Assembly (NCBI GenBank): GCA_965227775.1
Contig: OZ245777.1
Location: 2,112,001 to 2,176,000, forward strand
Length of the DNA: 64,000 nucleotides
Direction of reading: 5' to 3'
From: Phycisphaerales bacterium
GTDB taxonomy: Bacteria; Planctomycetota; Phycisphaerae; Phycisphaerales; UBA1924
A model generated the notes under the pieces. That model was given only the letters and a program-made list of their open reading frames with translations, ran no database searches and was not told the DNA's origin. Shown one piece after another: positions 9,653 to 18,973 of this stretch. The position numbers were made by a program, and so were the translations under genes. Within the stretch, counting starts at the first letter, position 1. Every line of letters starts with the position of its first letter.

Positions 9653-10870
9653 TCAAGCCTTCGGCCATTCCGCAGGCTCGGGGAGTTCGTGTCGGATCAT
9701 CACCGAGGTCGACAGTGGCGGGTAAGCCATCCGGACCCGGTAGAGATCGAATTCGTTTGCATCCCAACCGCAGCGGGCGAACGCGTCGCGCAGCAGCGTC
9801 GCGTATCCAGGCGCGTCGGGCGTGTGCACGCGATCCAATCCACGGCCGAGCCGTTGGATCTTCTCGGGCACGCGAAGCTGGTCGCGCTCGTCGTGGGTAT
9901 AAGGACGGCCGAGCTCGCCGAAGACGCACAACTCGCGCTGGACTTCGCCGAACAGCTCCTTATGAACGAAGTGGTCGTAAACCAGCATCTCGGCGGGCGT
10001 AGAAACGCCCGTGCCGAAGTGGGCGCGCTGGCCGGGTTCTGTGGCGCTCGCGGGTGCAAGATCTCGGATGATCTCGCCAGTCGTGAGCGTGAGTTGTCCG
10101 GCCTGCCCGATCCGCCCCGGCAAGATATCGTCGATGACCACTGGCGGCTCACCGTCTCGGCGCTCGAGCGCTGGCAGCGGGTCGCTGGTGAACGCGCCCA
10201 TGACCGGGACGCCGCCGGCTTTGCGTGCGGTCTCGGGGTCGAGCGGCTCGCGCACGGGGAGGCCGGCCTCTTCGCCACTCCCGGTCACCGTGCCCTGACC
10301 GATCATCCAGCGTGTATCCGGTCGCATGCGCCGAAAGTCGATCAGGCTTCGGACCTGGGCGATATCGAGCCAGCCCGGCTTGGTCTTCGAAGGCGCCAGC
10401 ATGGTGAACGCCGCGATCGTGCGCGCCTGGACGCCCCAGATGTAGCCATTGCCCTCGAATGCGCGTTGACGCCAGCGAACGTCGATTTCTTCGCTCGGTT
10501 CCTCGACGCAGGATTCGAGCAGCATGTCCATCGCCGTGCGGCTGCCGGCGTGCGTTTCGACGAGGCGCTCGAATCGGGTCGACTCGTCCGTGACGCGATC
10601 GAGCAGAGCCGCATCGACGCCGCGTTCGGCGGCCGAGCGAACCCACGTCTCGATGCCCTTGGGCGTTGGCATGTACCTGGCGGCGTGGAACGGATCGTCT
10701 GCGTACGCGACCTTTGTGAGTTGCCAGGCGAGCTTGCGATGGATGCCGAAGCCCTCGCATACCTCCGGCAGGCCGATGGACGAGCCGCACTTCGACTCGA
10801 TGACCTCAGCGAACAGGTCGCGGATCTCGGCGACAACAGCGGTCGTCTCGTCTTGGAACGTGGCCGGCAT
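9653..10870 (-). CDS. Hypothetical protein, possible transcriptional regulator (HTH-like N-terminus)
   Basis: 405-aa ORF; LPEVCEGFGIHRKLAWQL looks like a helix-turn-helix; co-oriented upstream of the dockerin gene. Confidence 0.7.
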   Translation of the reverse strand: MPATFQDETTAVVAEIRDLFAEVIESKCGSSIGLPEVCEGFGIHRKLAWQLTKVAYADDPFHAARYMPTPKGIETWVRSAAERGVDAALLDRVTDESTRFERLVETHAGSRTAMDMLLESCVEEPSEEIDVRWRQRAFEGNGYIWGVQARTIAAFTMLAPSKTKPGWLDIAQVRSLIDFRRMRPDTRWMIGQGTVTGSGEEAGLPVREPLDPETARKAGGVPVMGAFTSDPLPALERRDGEPPVVIDDILPGRIGQAGQLTLTTGEIIRDLAPASATEPGQRAHFGTGVSTPAEMLVYDHFVHKELFGEVQRELCVFGELGRPYTHDERDQLRVPEKIQRLGRGLDRVHTPDAPGYATLLRDAFARCGWDANEFDLYRVRMAYPPLSTSVMIRHELPEPAEWPKA

Positions 10871-10976
10871 CGCTACAGGATACCGAGGACTGCAAGTGTT
10901 TCAAATAGAGTTTCTGAAACTTAATCAAAGTTTTTGTTATCGGGCATATGCTGTCGTGATGTCGCCGGGCAACGCA

Positions 10977-11000
10977 AAAGCCCCGCCTTGGGCGGGGCTT
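10977..11000 (-). terminator. Intrinsic terminator, likely the original tRNA-Ser terminator
   Basis: AAGCCCCGCC-TT-GGGCGGGGCTT-type hairpin followed by TTTT on the minus strand, directly downstream of the tRNA 3' fragment. Confidence 0.75.
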
Positions 11001-11005
11001 GCACG

Positions 11006-11028
11006 AAGCGGAGAGGGGGGGATTCGAA
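11006..11028 (-). repeat. tRNA-Ser 3'-end fragment (att site copy 1)
   Basis: Minus strand TTCGAATCCCCCCCTCTCCGC = T loop, T stem, acceptor strand CCTCTCC and discriminator G; no 5' half adjacent. Confidence 0.85.
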
Positions 11029-11400
11029 GCGAGGTGATCTCTGGATCGGCCTTGAAGCCCCGCAAATGCGGTTCGTGTAACTAGCAACGGCATTTGTGCA
11101 TTCTGGCAGATATCCGCCCTTGGCCGATTTGTGCCGATCTCAAGGCGCGGATTTGGAGCTCATCTTGGAACTCAGGGCGGAACGCTGCTGTGGGCCTACC
11201 GATTCTCCCGGACACAGATAGACCCCGACAGCCTAACCGGATCGCAGCCAATTTGGAATTCGGTGCAGGTTAGTGACCGACCTGTTCTTGCAGGCCGGGT
11301 CAGTTGTTCAACTTGCGAGTCCCTGCGGGCAACTCACTCGAGCTGCTGGATTTTGACATATGGCTCGATGGAGCTGACGACTCAGGGCTGAGCGCAATGA

Positions 11401-11423
11401 AAGAAACCCGGGCACTGCCCGGG
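11401..11423 (-). terminator. Intrinsic terminator of the blaI-blaR operon
   Basis: CCCGGGCA-G-TGCCCGGG followed by TTTCTTT on the minus strand. Confidence 0.65.
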
Positions 11424-11453
11424 GCCTTGTGGTTGACTGAGGTGGTCGGTTGC

Positions 11454-13727
11454 TTACTTGCGACGTTGCGCCCCTGAGTGGTTTGCGAAGTGACCAAGCA
11501 GGCCTATCTGCTCAGCGGTGAATCCCTCTGCCCTGAGCCACTCGCGAATTGCGGGGTCGATCTTGTGGCCCTGATTCTGGCCCGACTGGTGCTGCCTGAT
11601 GAAGTCGACAGCTTCAAGAGCGAACTGGAGCTTCTTGCGCTGGATGCCCACCGCCACGAGTTGGTCGGCAAGACGGTTGCGCTGGTCAACAGCGCGGCGC
11701 TCGGCGGCGGCGAGATCCGCTTGGGTCTGCCGGAAGTTTTGGTCGGCCTTCTGCGCCAGACGGCTGCTCAACAGGCTGGCGGCTGAATCCATGTCGCCGA
11801 CGTGCACAGCGCGCTCCGCTTGCCGCAGCAGATCTTCGGCTTGCGCCATCTGTCTCGCGTAGACCTCGATGAGTTGCTGTAACTCGGCGATCCGCGCTTC
11901 GGCCTGGTTGCCTGGCGCCTGGTCCCGTTCGGTCGCTTCGGCCACGTACTCGAAGACTTCCGCAAAATTGTCCGCTGGCTGGCTTGGCCGCGTCGCGGTG
12001 TCCTGAGCGGCGATGGCCTGCTTGTACTGGCGCAAGCTCTCGGCCACGGCGTCAACTTCGGCGCTCATTTGGCTGTTCCGGCTGGCGAGGGCCTCCAGAC
12101 TGGCCTTGCGAGCCGCGAGCGATGCGAGGTGGTCCTGTTGCACTACATACTCTCGTTCGAGCGCAGCCAGGCTTTCCTGGTGCTGACTCCGAGCGAGGGC
12201 CTGGGTTTCGGCGTGGAGTCTCTGAGCGTGATCGACGTGGATCTCAAGCTCTTGCTTGAACTGGGCGATCCTCTGCCGGCCCTCGGCCGCGGTGATCTCG
12301 CCAGCGTCGACGGCCGCGCGAATATTGCCGCAGGCCTCTTCGGTCTTGGCGGCCAGACGCCTGTGCAGTTCGGCGAGTTCGTGTGCCTCGGTGACATGGC
12401 GGCGTGTGATCTGACCACTGGTTGACGCACTGTGCCGCCGGTCAGTCCGGGGTGGCTCTGTCAATTCGGTCACCACCCTGGGGTCGCGGCGCGTTGTGCT
12501 GAGCTGAGACACGGGTTGCCGGCGCGAGAGTTGCCCGGCTACGGCCGCGCGCTCGAGCTGTTCGTTGAGTGTGGCCATCTGCTGGTCACGTGCGCGTTGG
12601 GCTTCGGTCTCCGTGGCGATAAGCCGCTCGTACAGAGCGCGGACTCGGCTGTCCTCATGTTCGGCAAGGTCGGCGTACTGGTGGAGAATCTCGATGGTCT
12701 TGCGATCCTGGGGACCTTCCTCTGCGCTCAGAGCATGGGCAAGACCCGCGGCGGCGACAACCGTCCCGGCCGCGATGGCGAGGGTGGCCCGCCATGCTGT
12801 CGCGCGATGGGGTGACGTGTGATTGGATCCAACGATGCGTGCGATGCGTGACATGAGTGGTCCTCCGGTTGCGGCCAGTGCGGCCTGGGGAGATGCAATT
12901 CGGATGGTTTCCAGCCGGGCGAGCGCCTCGGCAAAGACTCGGGGGTGAGCAGACGAGCGGACGGCCGCATCGTCGCAGCAGTTCTCGCGTTCGGTGCGGA
13001 TCTGGTTCGAGAGCCACCACGTGACAGGGTGGAAGAACAGGGCGGTCTCGATGACAATCTGGATGGCGTTCAGCAGGTGGTCGTGCCGACGGATGTGAGC
13101 AAGCTCGTGGACGAGCACGGCTTTGAGTTGGTCGGGCGAGAGCGAGGCAAATGCTGACACGGGTACGAGTACGACGGGCGAGATCCAACCCACGACCATC
13201 GGTACGTCGGCCGCGGTACTGCGGAGCATACGGACTCGCGGGCTTACTCGTAGGTCGTGCTTGAGTGCTTCAAACGTGGCGATCCAATTTCTGGTCGGCG
13301 CAGATACCGCTCGCAGCGTCAGACGCCGGATCATCAGGCACTGGAGCGCGAGACGGAACTGCAGTATCACGACGCCCGCGATCCACAGGCCGGCGATGCC
13401 CTGGACAAGCTGGAGCGAGAGCGTTGGTGTTTCCGAAGTAGTCGATTGTGCTAGGGCCGGAGCGATGCCGGTGGGCAGCGGCGGCACTCCAGTGCCAGCG
13501 ACGCTGGCTGGGATGAGGGCGCTCACGAATGTAGCGAGGAAGATCAACGCGCACGATGCCAACGCGAGACACGAGCTGGCGTATCGAGCCGATGCCCTTG
13601 ATTTGTCAATCAGCGCCAGCACGATGGCTGCTACAACGCCCACGGCAGCGCCTTGCCACAAGAAGTGCAGCACGGCGGAGCCGAGCGCGGTTGCCAGAGC
13701 CCCCAAAGACAGGTCCAGGCCCATCAT
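11454..13727 (-). CDS. M56 family metallopeptidase (BlaR1/MecR1-like) with a coiled-coil C-terminus
   Basis: LHFLWQG, VPMVVGWISPVVLVP, HELAHIRRHD, FFHPVTWW, ERENCCDD; overlaps the upstream BlaI stop. Confidence 0.92.
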   Translation of the reverse strand: MMGLDLSLGALATALGSAVLHFLWQGAAVGVVAAIVLALIDKSRASARYASSCLALASCALIFLATFVSALIPASVAGTGVPPLPTGIAPALAQSTTSETPTLSLQLVQGIAGLWIAGVVILQFRLALQCLMIRRLTLRAVSAPTRNWIATFEALKHDLRVSPRVRMLRSTAADVPMVVGWISPVVLVPVSAFASLSPDQLKAVLVHELAHIRRHDHLLNAIQIVIETALFFHPVTWWLSNQIRTERENCCDDAAVRSSAHPRVFAEALARLETIRIASPQAALAATGGPLMSRIARIVGSNHTSPHRATAWRATLAIAAGTVVAAAGLAHALSAEEGPQDRKTIEILHQYADLAEHEDSRVRALYERLIATETEAQRARDQQMATLNEQLERAAVAGQLSRRQPVSQLSTTRRDPRVVTELTEPPRTDRRHSASTSGQITRRHVTEAHELAELHRRLAAKTEEACGNIRAAVDAGEITAAEGRQRIAQFKQELEIHVDHAQRLHAETQALARSQHQESLAALEREYVVQQDHLASLAARKASLEALASRNSQMSAEVDAVAESLRQYKQAIAAQDTATRPSQPADNFAEVFEYVAEATERDQAPGNQAEARIAELQQLIEVYARQMAQAEDLLRQAERAVHVGDMDSAASLLSSRLAQKADQNFRQTQADLAAAERRAVDQRNRLADQLVAVGIQRKKLQFALEAVDFIRQHQSGQNQGHKIDPAIREWLRAEGFTAEQIGLLGHFANHSGAQRRK

Positions 13728-14116
13728 GGCTTGTCTCCTTCGAGCTCGTCGAGCATCTTGCGGATTTCGCGGAGCTCTTCGGGTGTTGACTTGCGCATCG
13801 AGAGTGCGCGCAGCACGAGATTCCCGGGCGAGCCGCTGAACGCACGATCAACGAGATCTCCCAGGAGCATGGACTGAGTCTGCTTTTGTGGTCGCGTGGC
13901 CTTAAACAACTGTGGGCGGACGGTGGCGTCCTTTTCCAGCAGGCCCTTCTCGGTCATGATCTGCATGAACTTCAAGATGGTGGTGTAGCCGACCTCCTGT
14001 CGCTCGCTGATTGCGTCGTAGACCTCTCGGACCGTCGCCGAACCGCGCTCCCAAACCACTGCAAGGATGGCCAGCTCGGAATCGGTTGGCTTTCGATCGG
14101 GTGATGGCTTTGCCAT
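13724..14116 (-). CDS. BlaI/MecI/CopY family transcriptional repressor
   Basis: ELAILAVVWERGSATVREV, YTTILKFMQIMTEKGLL, LVDRAFSGS. Confidence 0.93.
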   Translation of the reverse strand: MAKPSPDRKPTDSELAILAVVWERGSATVREVYDAISERQEVGYTTILKFMQIMTEKGLLEKDATVRPQLFKATRPQKQTQSMLLGDLVDRAFSGSPGNLVLRALSMRKSTPEELREIRKMLDELEGDKP

Positions 14117-14125
14117 GCGGCCTCC

Positions 14126-14197
14126 TGACGAATATCTTCGTCAATATTACACGAAGAGATTCGTCAATCAAGGCCAGCTCACGAAAAAGATCGTCAA
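14126..14197. promoter_or_regulatory. Three putative BlaI operator sites (ACGAA-N4-TTCGT)
   Basis: TGACGAATATCTTCGTCA (14126), ACGAAGAGATTCGTCA (14151), ACGAAAAAGATCGTCA (14181), directly upstream of blaI. Confidence 0.75.
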
Positions 14198-14520
14198 CCC
14201 GCCAAGCCGTAGCTTTCGGCCAGCCACCTCTCCCACAGTCGCCTGGGCATCGGCTTCTCCGCAGAGAATCGGGCTGTCACCCAAGCGGTCGAACCGACTT
14301 CGAAGCGGTCCGGGTCGTCTTTGGCGAGCCCCTTGGCTTCCGTCATCGATGCTCTGAGCTTGAACATCGCCTTGTAGCGATCACTTTGCGGCCCGGCATA
14401 GAAGAAGGCCTTCTTGCCGCGTTTGAACGACGCCTGGTTGCACGACGTCCCTTCCACGCAGCCCTCGTACGACCGAGCCTGTGAGCACATCGCTTCGGTT
14501 GGGTCTTTTGACTTTGGCAT
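14194..14520 (-). CDS. MmcQ/YjbR-like small protein
   Basis: GTSCNQASFKRGKKAF...WVTARF...WLAESYGL pattern. Confidence 0.65.
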   Translation of the reverse strand: MPKSKDPTEAMCSQARSYEGCVEGTSCNQASFKRGKKAFFYAGPQSDRYKAMFKLRASMTEAKGLAKDDPDRFEVGSTAWVTARFSAEKPMPRRLWERWLAESYGLAG

Positions 14521-14538
14521 AGCGTTTCCTGTCGAGCC

Positions 14539-15015
14539 TTATGAGGACTGGGTGGCCGTTTCAACGAACACTGCGAGCTTGCCAAACGCGGCGATCCAGC
14601 CCTCACGGACGATCGCGCGCAGTTCAATGTCACCGTGAACGCGGGTGTCCGGGATGCCCTCGTGGACGAGCTTGACGAGCGTGCCGCCGTCGACGTCCTT
14701 GAACTCGACTGTCACCACCATTCCCGAATCGCTGCCGTCGGGTCCCGACATGCGGAAGGCCAGCCGATTGGGTAGGTCGTACTCTGTGAGCGTGGCGAAT
14801 CCTGGGATGTCCTGGCCGTGGACGGTCATGTGGTGGTTGTATGAACCGCCGACTTTGGCCTCGACCTCAGAGCGAACGTTGGTGCATTCGGCGCATCCCC
14901 ACCATTTCTGCACTTTGCTGGTCTCGATCCACGCTTCGAACACGCGCTCGCGCGGTGCGTCGTATGTACGCATGACGATGAGCTTGCCGTCCTCAAAGCT
15001 GGTGTGCGTTGACAT
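14539..15015 (-). CDS. SRPBCC/AHSA1-like START domain protein
   Basis: RTYDAPRERVFEAW...WWG...GGTLVKLVHEG...GW; downstream of an ArsR gene. Confidence 0.9.
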   Translation of the reverse strand: MSTHTSFEDGKLIVMRTYDAPRERVFEAWIETSKVQKWWGCAECTNVRSEVEAKVGGSYNHHMTVHGQDIPGFATLTEYDLPNRLAFRMSGPDGSDSGMVVTVEFKDVDGGTLVKLVHEGIPDTRVHGDIELRAIVREGWIAAFGKLAVFVETATQSS

Positions 15016-15029
15016 GGTGGTTGCCTCCC

Positions 15030-15374
15030 TCAGGGTTGTGTGCGCTCGTCGGTGTCGCTTTGTTTCTTCAGGTACTCTTCAATGGCATCGAACTGGTCGT
15101 GCCAGAACTGTGCGTAGTAGTCGATCCAGGTTCGCGCCTGTTCGAGCGGTTGTGGGTTCACGCGCAGGCGATGGTGCCGCCCATCACGCGTCCGCGTGAT
15201 GAGCCCGGCTCGCTCGAGCACCTTGACGTGCTTGGAGATTGCTGGTTGGGACAGTGAGTGCCGGCGGCCCAAATCGGTGATGCACTGCTCGCCGCCGGCC
15301 ATCTGTTCGAGCATGTCCCGCCGGGTGGGATCGGCTAGAGCCGAGAAGACGAGATCGAGGTCGCCAAAATGCAT
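15030..15374 (-). CDS. ArsR/SmtB family regulator
   Basis: FSALADPTRRDML, SQPAISKHVKVLERAGLI, RDGR. Confidence 0.92.
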   Translation of the reverse strand: MHFGDLDLVFSALADPTRRDMLEQMAGGEQCITDLGRRHSLSQPAISKHVKVLERAGLITRTRDGRHHRLRVNPQPLEQARTWIDYYAQFWHDQFDAIEEYLKKQSDTDERTQP

Positions 15375-15392
15375 AACTCATAGGTTATGCAT
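15369..15392. promoter_or_regulatory. Putative ArsR operator overlapping the start codon
   Basis: ATGCATAAC-N6-GTTATGCAT perfect 9-bp inverted repeat. Confidence 0.7.
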
Positions 15393-15803
15393 AGAAATGG
15401 CCAGTTCAAGAAGCAATCCGCGACTGGTCGACTGCGATCAGCATCACCCCCGGATTGAAGACTGACTTCTCCCGCAACAAGTCAGTGGCATCGCTATCGA
15501 CGACGCGGTTGTGATGGGAACTCCAGATCGGACAGCGATGTGTACTTCGCAACTCTCTTGGAAGCACGCCGCCTGATCGAATGGTGGCTGACCGCTACAA
15601 CACCGCACGGCCGCACTCGTCACTGGGTTGACGATCGCCGGTAACCCAGGCCATCAGGCCATCGGAAGACTACTCCGCTTTCCTCCGTAGCCCTCCGGTG
15701 GCCAGAGGCCATGACCCGGGTTTAACCCAGACACTGCTGTTACTGGGAGCACGTCACACAAGCCGAACTGGGCGTGTGGGGTTTGCCAGAGACTGTGGAT
15801 GCC

Positions 15804-16628
15804 ATGAACGATACCTGTGTCATCCAGGCTTTCCGTGACTTGCACAATTCGGGGTGTTTGGTGATCCCCAACCCATGGGATCGCGGGAGCGCGATCGCGC
15901 TGGCTTCGATAGGATTTCGTGCCCTGGCGACAAGCAGCGCCGCGTTGTCGTTCGCCTCGGGGCGCCCTGACACTCCGGCTGCGCTCGGTCTTGATACGAC
16001 GCTCGCCAACATCCGCGAGATCGTTCGGGCGACGGATCTACCAGTGAGCGCTGACTTCCAGGCCGGGTATGGCAGAACACCCTCGGACGTCGAAGCGAGC
16101 GTGAAGCGGTGCCTCGAGACTGGAGTCGCGGGGCTCTCAATTGAAGATACGGCGGCAGATGCGGATCAGCCGCTCCATAAAGCGGGCGATGCGATTGAGC
16201 GGGTCCGCGCAGCGCGGTCTGCGATCGATGCGAGTGGATCGGGTGCGGTGCTGACCGCGCGGTGTGAAGCATTTCTTGTCGGCTGCCCGAAGCCCATGGA
16301 GACCGTTCTTTCGCGGCTGGTCGCGTTCGCTGAGGCGGGGGCGGATTGCCTGTTCGCGCCGGGATTACGCACGCCTGATCAGATCGCGCAGGTTGTGCGG
16401 GCGGTGGCTCCCAAACCCGTCAACGTGCTCGCGGCTGATCCGGCATGGATGACGGTTGAGGTGCTCGCCGATCTGGGAGTTCGGAGAATCTCTGTCGGTT
16501 CGGCACTCGCACGCGTCGGGTGGGGAGCGTTTCTCGCGTCGGCACATGACATCGCAGTTGGAGGGTCCTTTCACAGCCTCGCGAAGGCCACACCGTTTGC
16601 GGATCTCGACGAGTTGTTTTCTGGATAG
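15804..16628 (+). CDS. Isocitrate lyase/PEP mutase family protein
   Basis: PNPWDRGSA, ALATSS, LPVSADFQAGYG, GLSIED, EAGADCLFAPG, KPVNV, GVRRISVG. Confidence 0.92.
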   Translation: MNDTCVIQAFRDLHNSGCLVIPNPWDRGSAIALASIGFRALATSSAALSFASGRPDTPAALGLDTTLANIREIVRATDLPVSADFQAGYGRTPSDVEASVKRCLETGVAGLSIEDTAADADQPLHKAGDAIERVRAARSAIDASGSGAVLTARCEAFLVGCPKPMETVLSRLVAFAEAGADCLFAPGLRTPDQIAQVVRAVAPKPVNVLAADPAWMTVEVLADLGVRRISVGSALARVGWGAFLASAHDIAVGGSFHSLAKATPFADLDELFSG

Positions 16629-16864
16629 TGAACGATCGCGCCGCTTGATCAGGCGGTTTCATGGTGAAGTCAGAACCCGCGTTTTCAGGTTCCATCGGAC
16701 GATCTGCGCCCAAATCGGTTCAACTGGTGTCTTATCATCCCGAATTGGCAGAAATAGCGACTTGAATAGCGCGGATCGGGCTTGTGCGTTGAAAGGTGGG
16801 CAGACAAATGCACGAGGCATCTGTGTGTATTTCTTGTGCCGTCAAGGAAGTAAGAGAATGCCCA

Positions 16865-17260
16865 TTAGGACTCTGTCACGACCGCATTGACTTCAGTCGG
16901 GAAGATCCACTCATTGCCGTCAGGGTCATCGATTTTCATTGAGTGGTAGCCCCACCAGACATGTTGGATGCTGACGGCTCGATCTGCGAGTCGCCGACGG
17001 AGATCCACGAGTTCGTCTTGAGTAAGCTCTACAAAGACCCGTGCCTTGTCTCGACGCGAAGCGTCTTGGCACAAGTTGATCTCGCAGTCCCCACGATTGA
17101 TCTGACAGACCGGTCCGTCGACTTCACCCTCAGGCCACTTCTTCCAGAAATCAAGCGCGTGAATGTAGAACTCAAGCGAAGCACTCAAATCCGAAACAAA
17201 TATCACTGGCCGTGCATACCACCGGCCGATCGGCCGAGTTGTCTCGGGGTTCTGTGACAT
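16865..17260 (-). CDS. VOC/glyoxalase family protein
   Basis: PVIFVSDLSASLEFY...WWGYHSMKIDDPDGNEW. Confidence 0.85.
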   Translation of the reverse strand: MSQNPETTRPIGRWYARPVIFVSDLSASLEFYIHALDFWKKWPEGEVDGPVCQINRGDCEINLCQDASRRDKARVFVELTQDELVDLRRRLADRAVSIQHVWWGYHSMKIDDPDGNEWIFPTEVNAVVTES

Positions 17261-17410
17261 ATCAAGAGGCCAGTATAGCGGGCTAGCCTGGCGGTAGGAG
17301 TACTCCGGCATTGTCAGTCAAGCCCTCTAGCTACGCGGCTCTCAAACTTCGGCTAGTTGCTGTACGAGATCAGAAGTACGATCCGATCTCAATTCTGACG
17401 TGAGAGCGAG

Positions 17411-18217
17411 ATGCTTGAGCGAGCGCAAGATACCGAGCGATACATCATCAGGTCTGCGGGAGCGACGACAGACTATGGCGATTATGTCGTGACACAGTCG
17501 CGTGGATATCCAAATTGGTACCAGGCAAACATGATGGAGTTGCGTGTTAGCCGAGGCCGTTCGTTGGGGGACTGGGAACGGCTGTTCAATTCGCACTTTG
17601 ATCGTAGGCTCTATCAACATCTTATGCTGTACATCCCTGAGCGTGCGGCGTTTGCATTACTGGAAGATGAGATCAACGAGCTTTTGTCGACACACAGGCG
17701 ATGTTCCCCGACTCTGATTGTTGAGCGAATCACATGGATGTTCGCAAACAGGGCACGGCACTTCATCTTGCCCACAGGCATGGAGGTGTGCCGAATAGCG
17801 TCAGAGGAAGAATTCCAAGACCTTATCGAGTTTGGCGTCGAAGAAGCGGCCGGAGCACATTGGTTCACGAGCAAGGCCGATGTGAGAGCGTTCATTGAAT
17901 CTCGCCTAGAGAGCACAGATCGCATCGGTGTGATATGGTATAGGCTGAGCCATCAAGGGGATCGACGAATCTTGGCTCGGCTTGGGTTGTTTGAGCACGA
18001 CGGGATCTGCAGACTGCAGTCGGTGGGTACGCTGAAGCAGTTCAGGCGTCGAGGGTTCGGCAGCGCACTGGTCAACTACGCGATCGGCGAAGCTCACAGG
18101 CGCGGCTCGTCGGGGCTGGTGTTGAGCGTGGAAGCGGAATCGGCCGCCCAGAGCATGTACCGACACGTCGGGTTTCGCGACTTGGGGACTGATCTGTGGG
18201 TGATGCGATACCCATGA
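17411..18217 (+). CDS. GNAT family N-acetyltransferase
   Basis: C-terminal VGTLKQFRRRGFGSALV motif A and AQSMYRHVGF. Confidence 0.85.
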   Translation: MLERAQDTERYIIRSAGATTDYGDYVVTQSRGYPNWYQANMMELRVSRGRSLGDWERLFNSHFDRRLYQHLMLYIPERAAFALLEDEINELLSTHRRCSPTLIVERITWMFANRARHFILPTGMEVCRIASEEEFQDLIEFGVEEAAGAHWFTSKADVRAFIESRLESTDRIGVIWYRLSHQGDRRILARLGLFEHDGICRLQSVGTLKQFRRRGFGSALVNYAIGEAHRRGSSGLVLSVEAESAAQSMYRHVGFRDLGTDLWVMRYP

Positions 18218-18973
18218 TCAACCGATGGCCTGTGTTCCAAAGCGTGTGCCCGAAGCCGCGAGGCTGTCGCATTTTGAACAGGTTAGTCGCCGCCGGGGGC
18301 GGGACGTGGTTATATCTGGCTGCCGGTGTCCTCATAGAGTGTTGGCGAGATCTCTGCAACACCGTACACGGCCGAGTGCCTCTTGCGAATACCCACCTGC
18401 GATTCAGTAGGCGTCACTCCATGGGGCGTTGCTCTGCTTCTACTCCAAGACTCTATTGCCAGGTAGTTGTACTCACACGGCCTCCGGCGCCGCCGGTGGG
18501 GGCCTATTCGCTTTGTCGAGCTGCCGATGTCTATCGAGACGGTGTTGACACGTACTTCTGGGAGCTCATGCTCGAGTGTGGCCTGGTGCCAGGTGGGGTC
18601 GACATGTACCACATCGGTTGAGTCAGTTGTAGCGCGACACTGGCGCCACATCTGGCCTCGTCCTCCAGACCCGTAGCGGGCTGTGCACTCAGATCGTCTG
18701 GCGCGCCTTACTCAGTGTGTGCGGTACAGCTGCGCATAGGGTCGACCATGGCTCGCCTAGAAAGCGGACCGTCTAGCAGTTGTCAACTGCCAAACCGGCC
18801 CCTCAGGTGAGACGGCACCGAGTCCTTGTGGCTGCGAGCGAGTTGACCTAGCTAACGTCGAGTCAAAGTGATCGCAACGAGACTTCTATTGGGTTGTACC
18901 CTATAGATAGGCCACGAGGCAATCGGGCGCGTCTCACGATTGTGTTCTGGCACACTGTTGAAGGAACGCCTCC

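Noticed and set aside
11006..11100. Complete tRNA gene
   Set aside because: Only the T loop and acceptor 3' strand are present; adjacent sequence lacks a GGAGAGG 5' strand, D arm and anticodon arm. The same holds at 21074.
18196..18900. Short ORFs between the GNAT and esterase genes
   Set aside because: Several overlapping frames, none with a recognisable motif, RBS or codon bias; possibly decayed DNA
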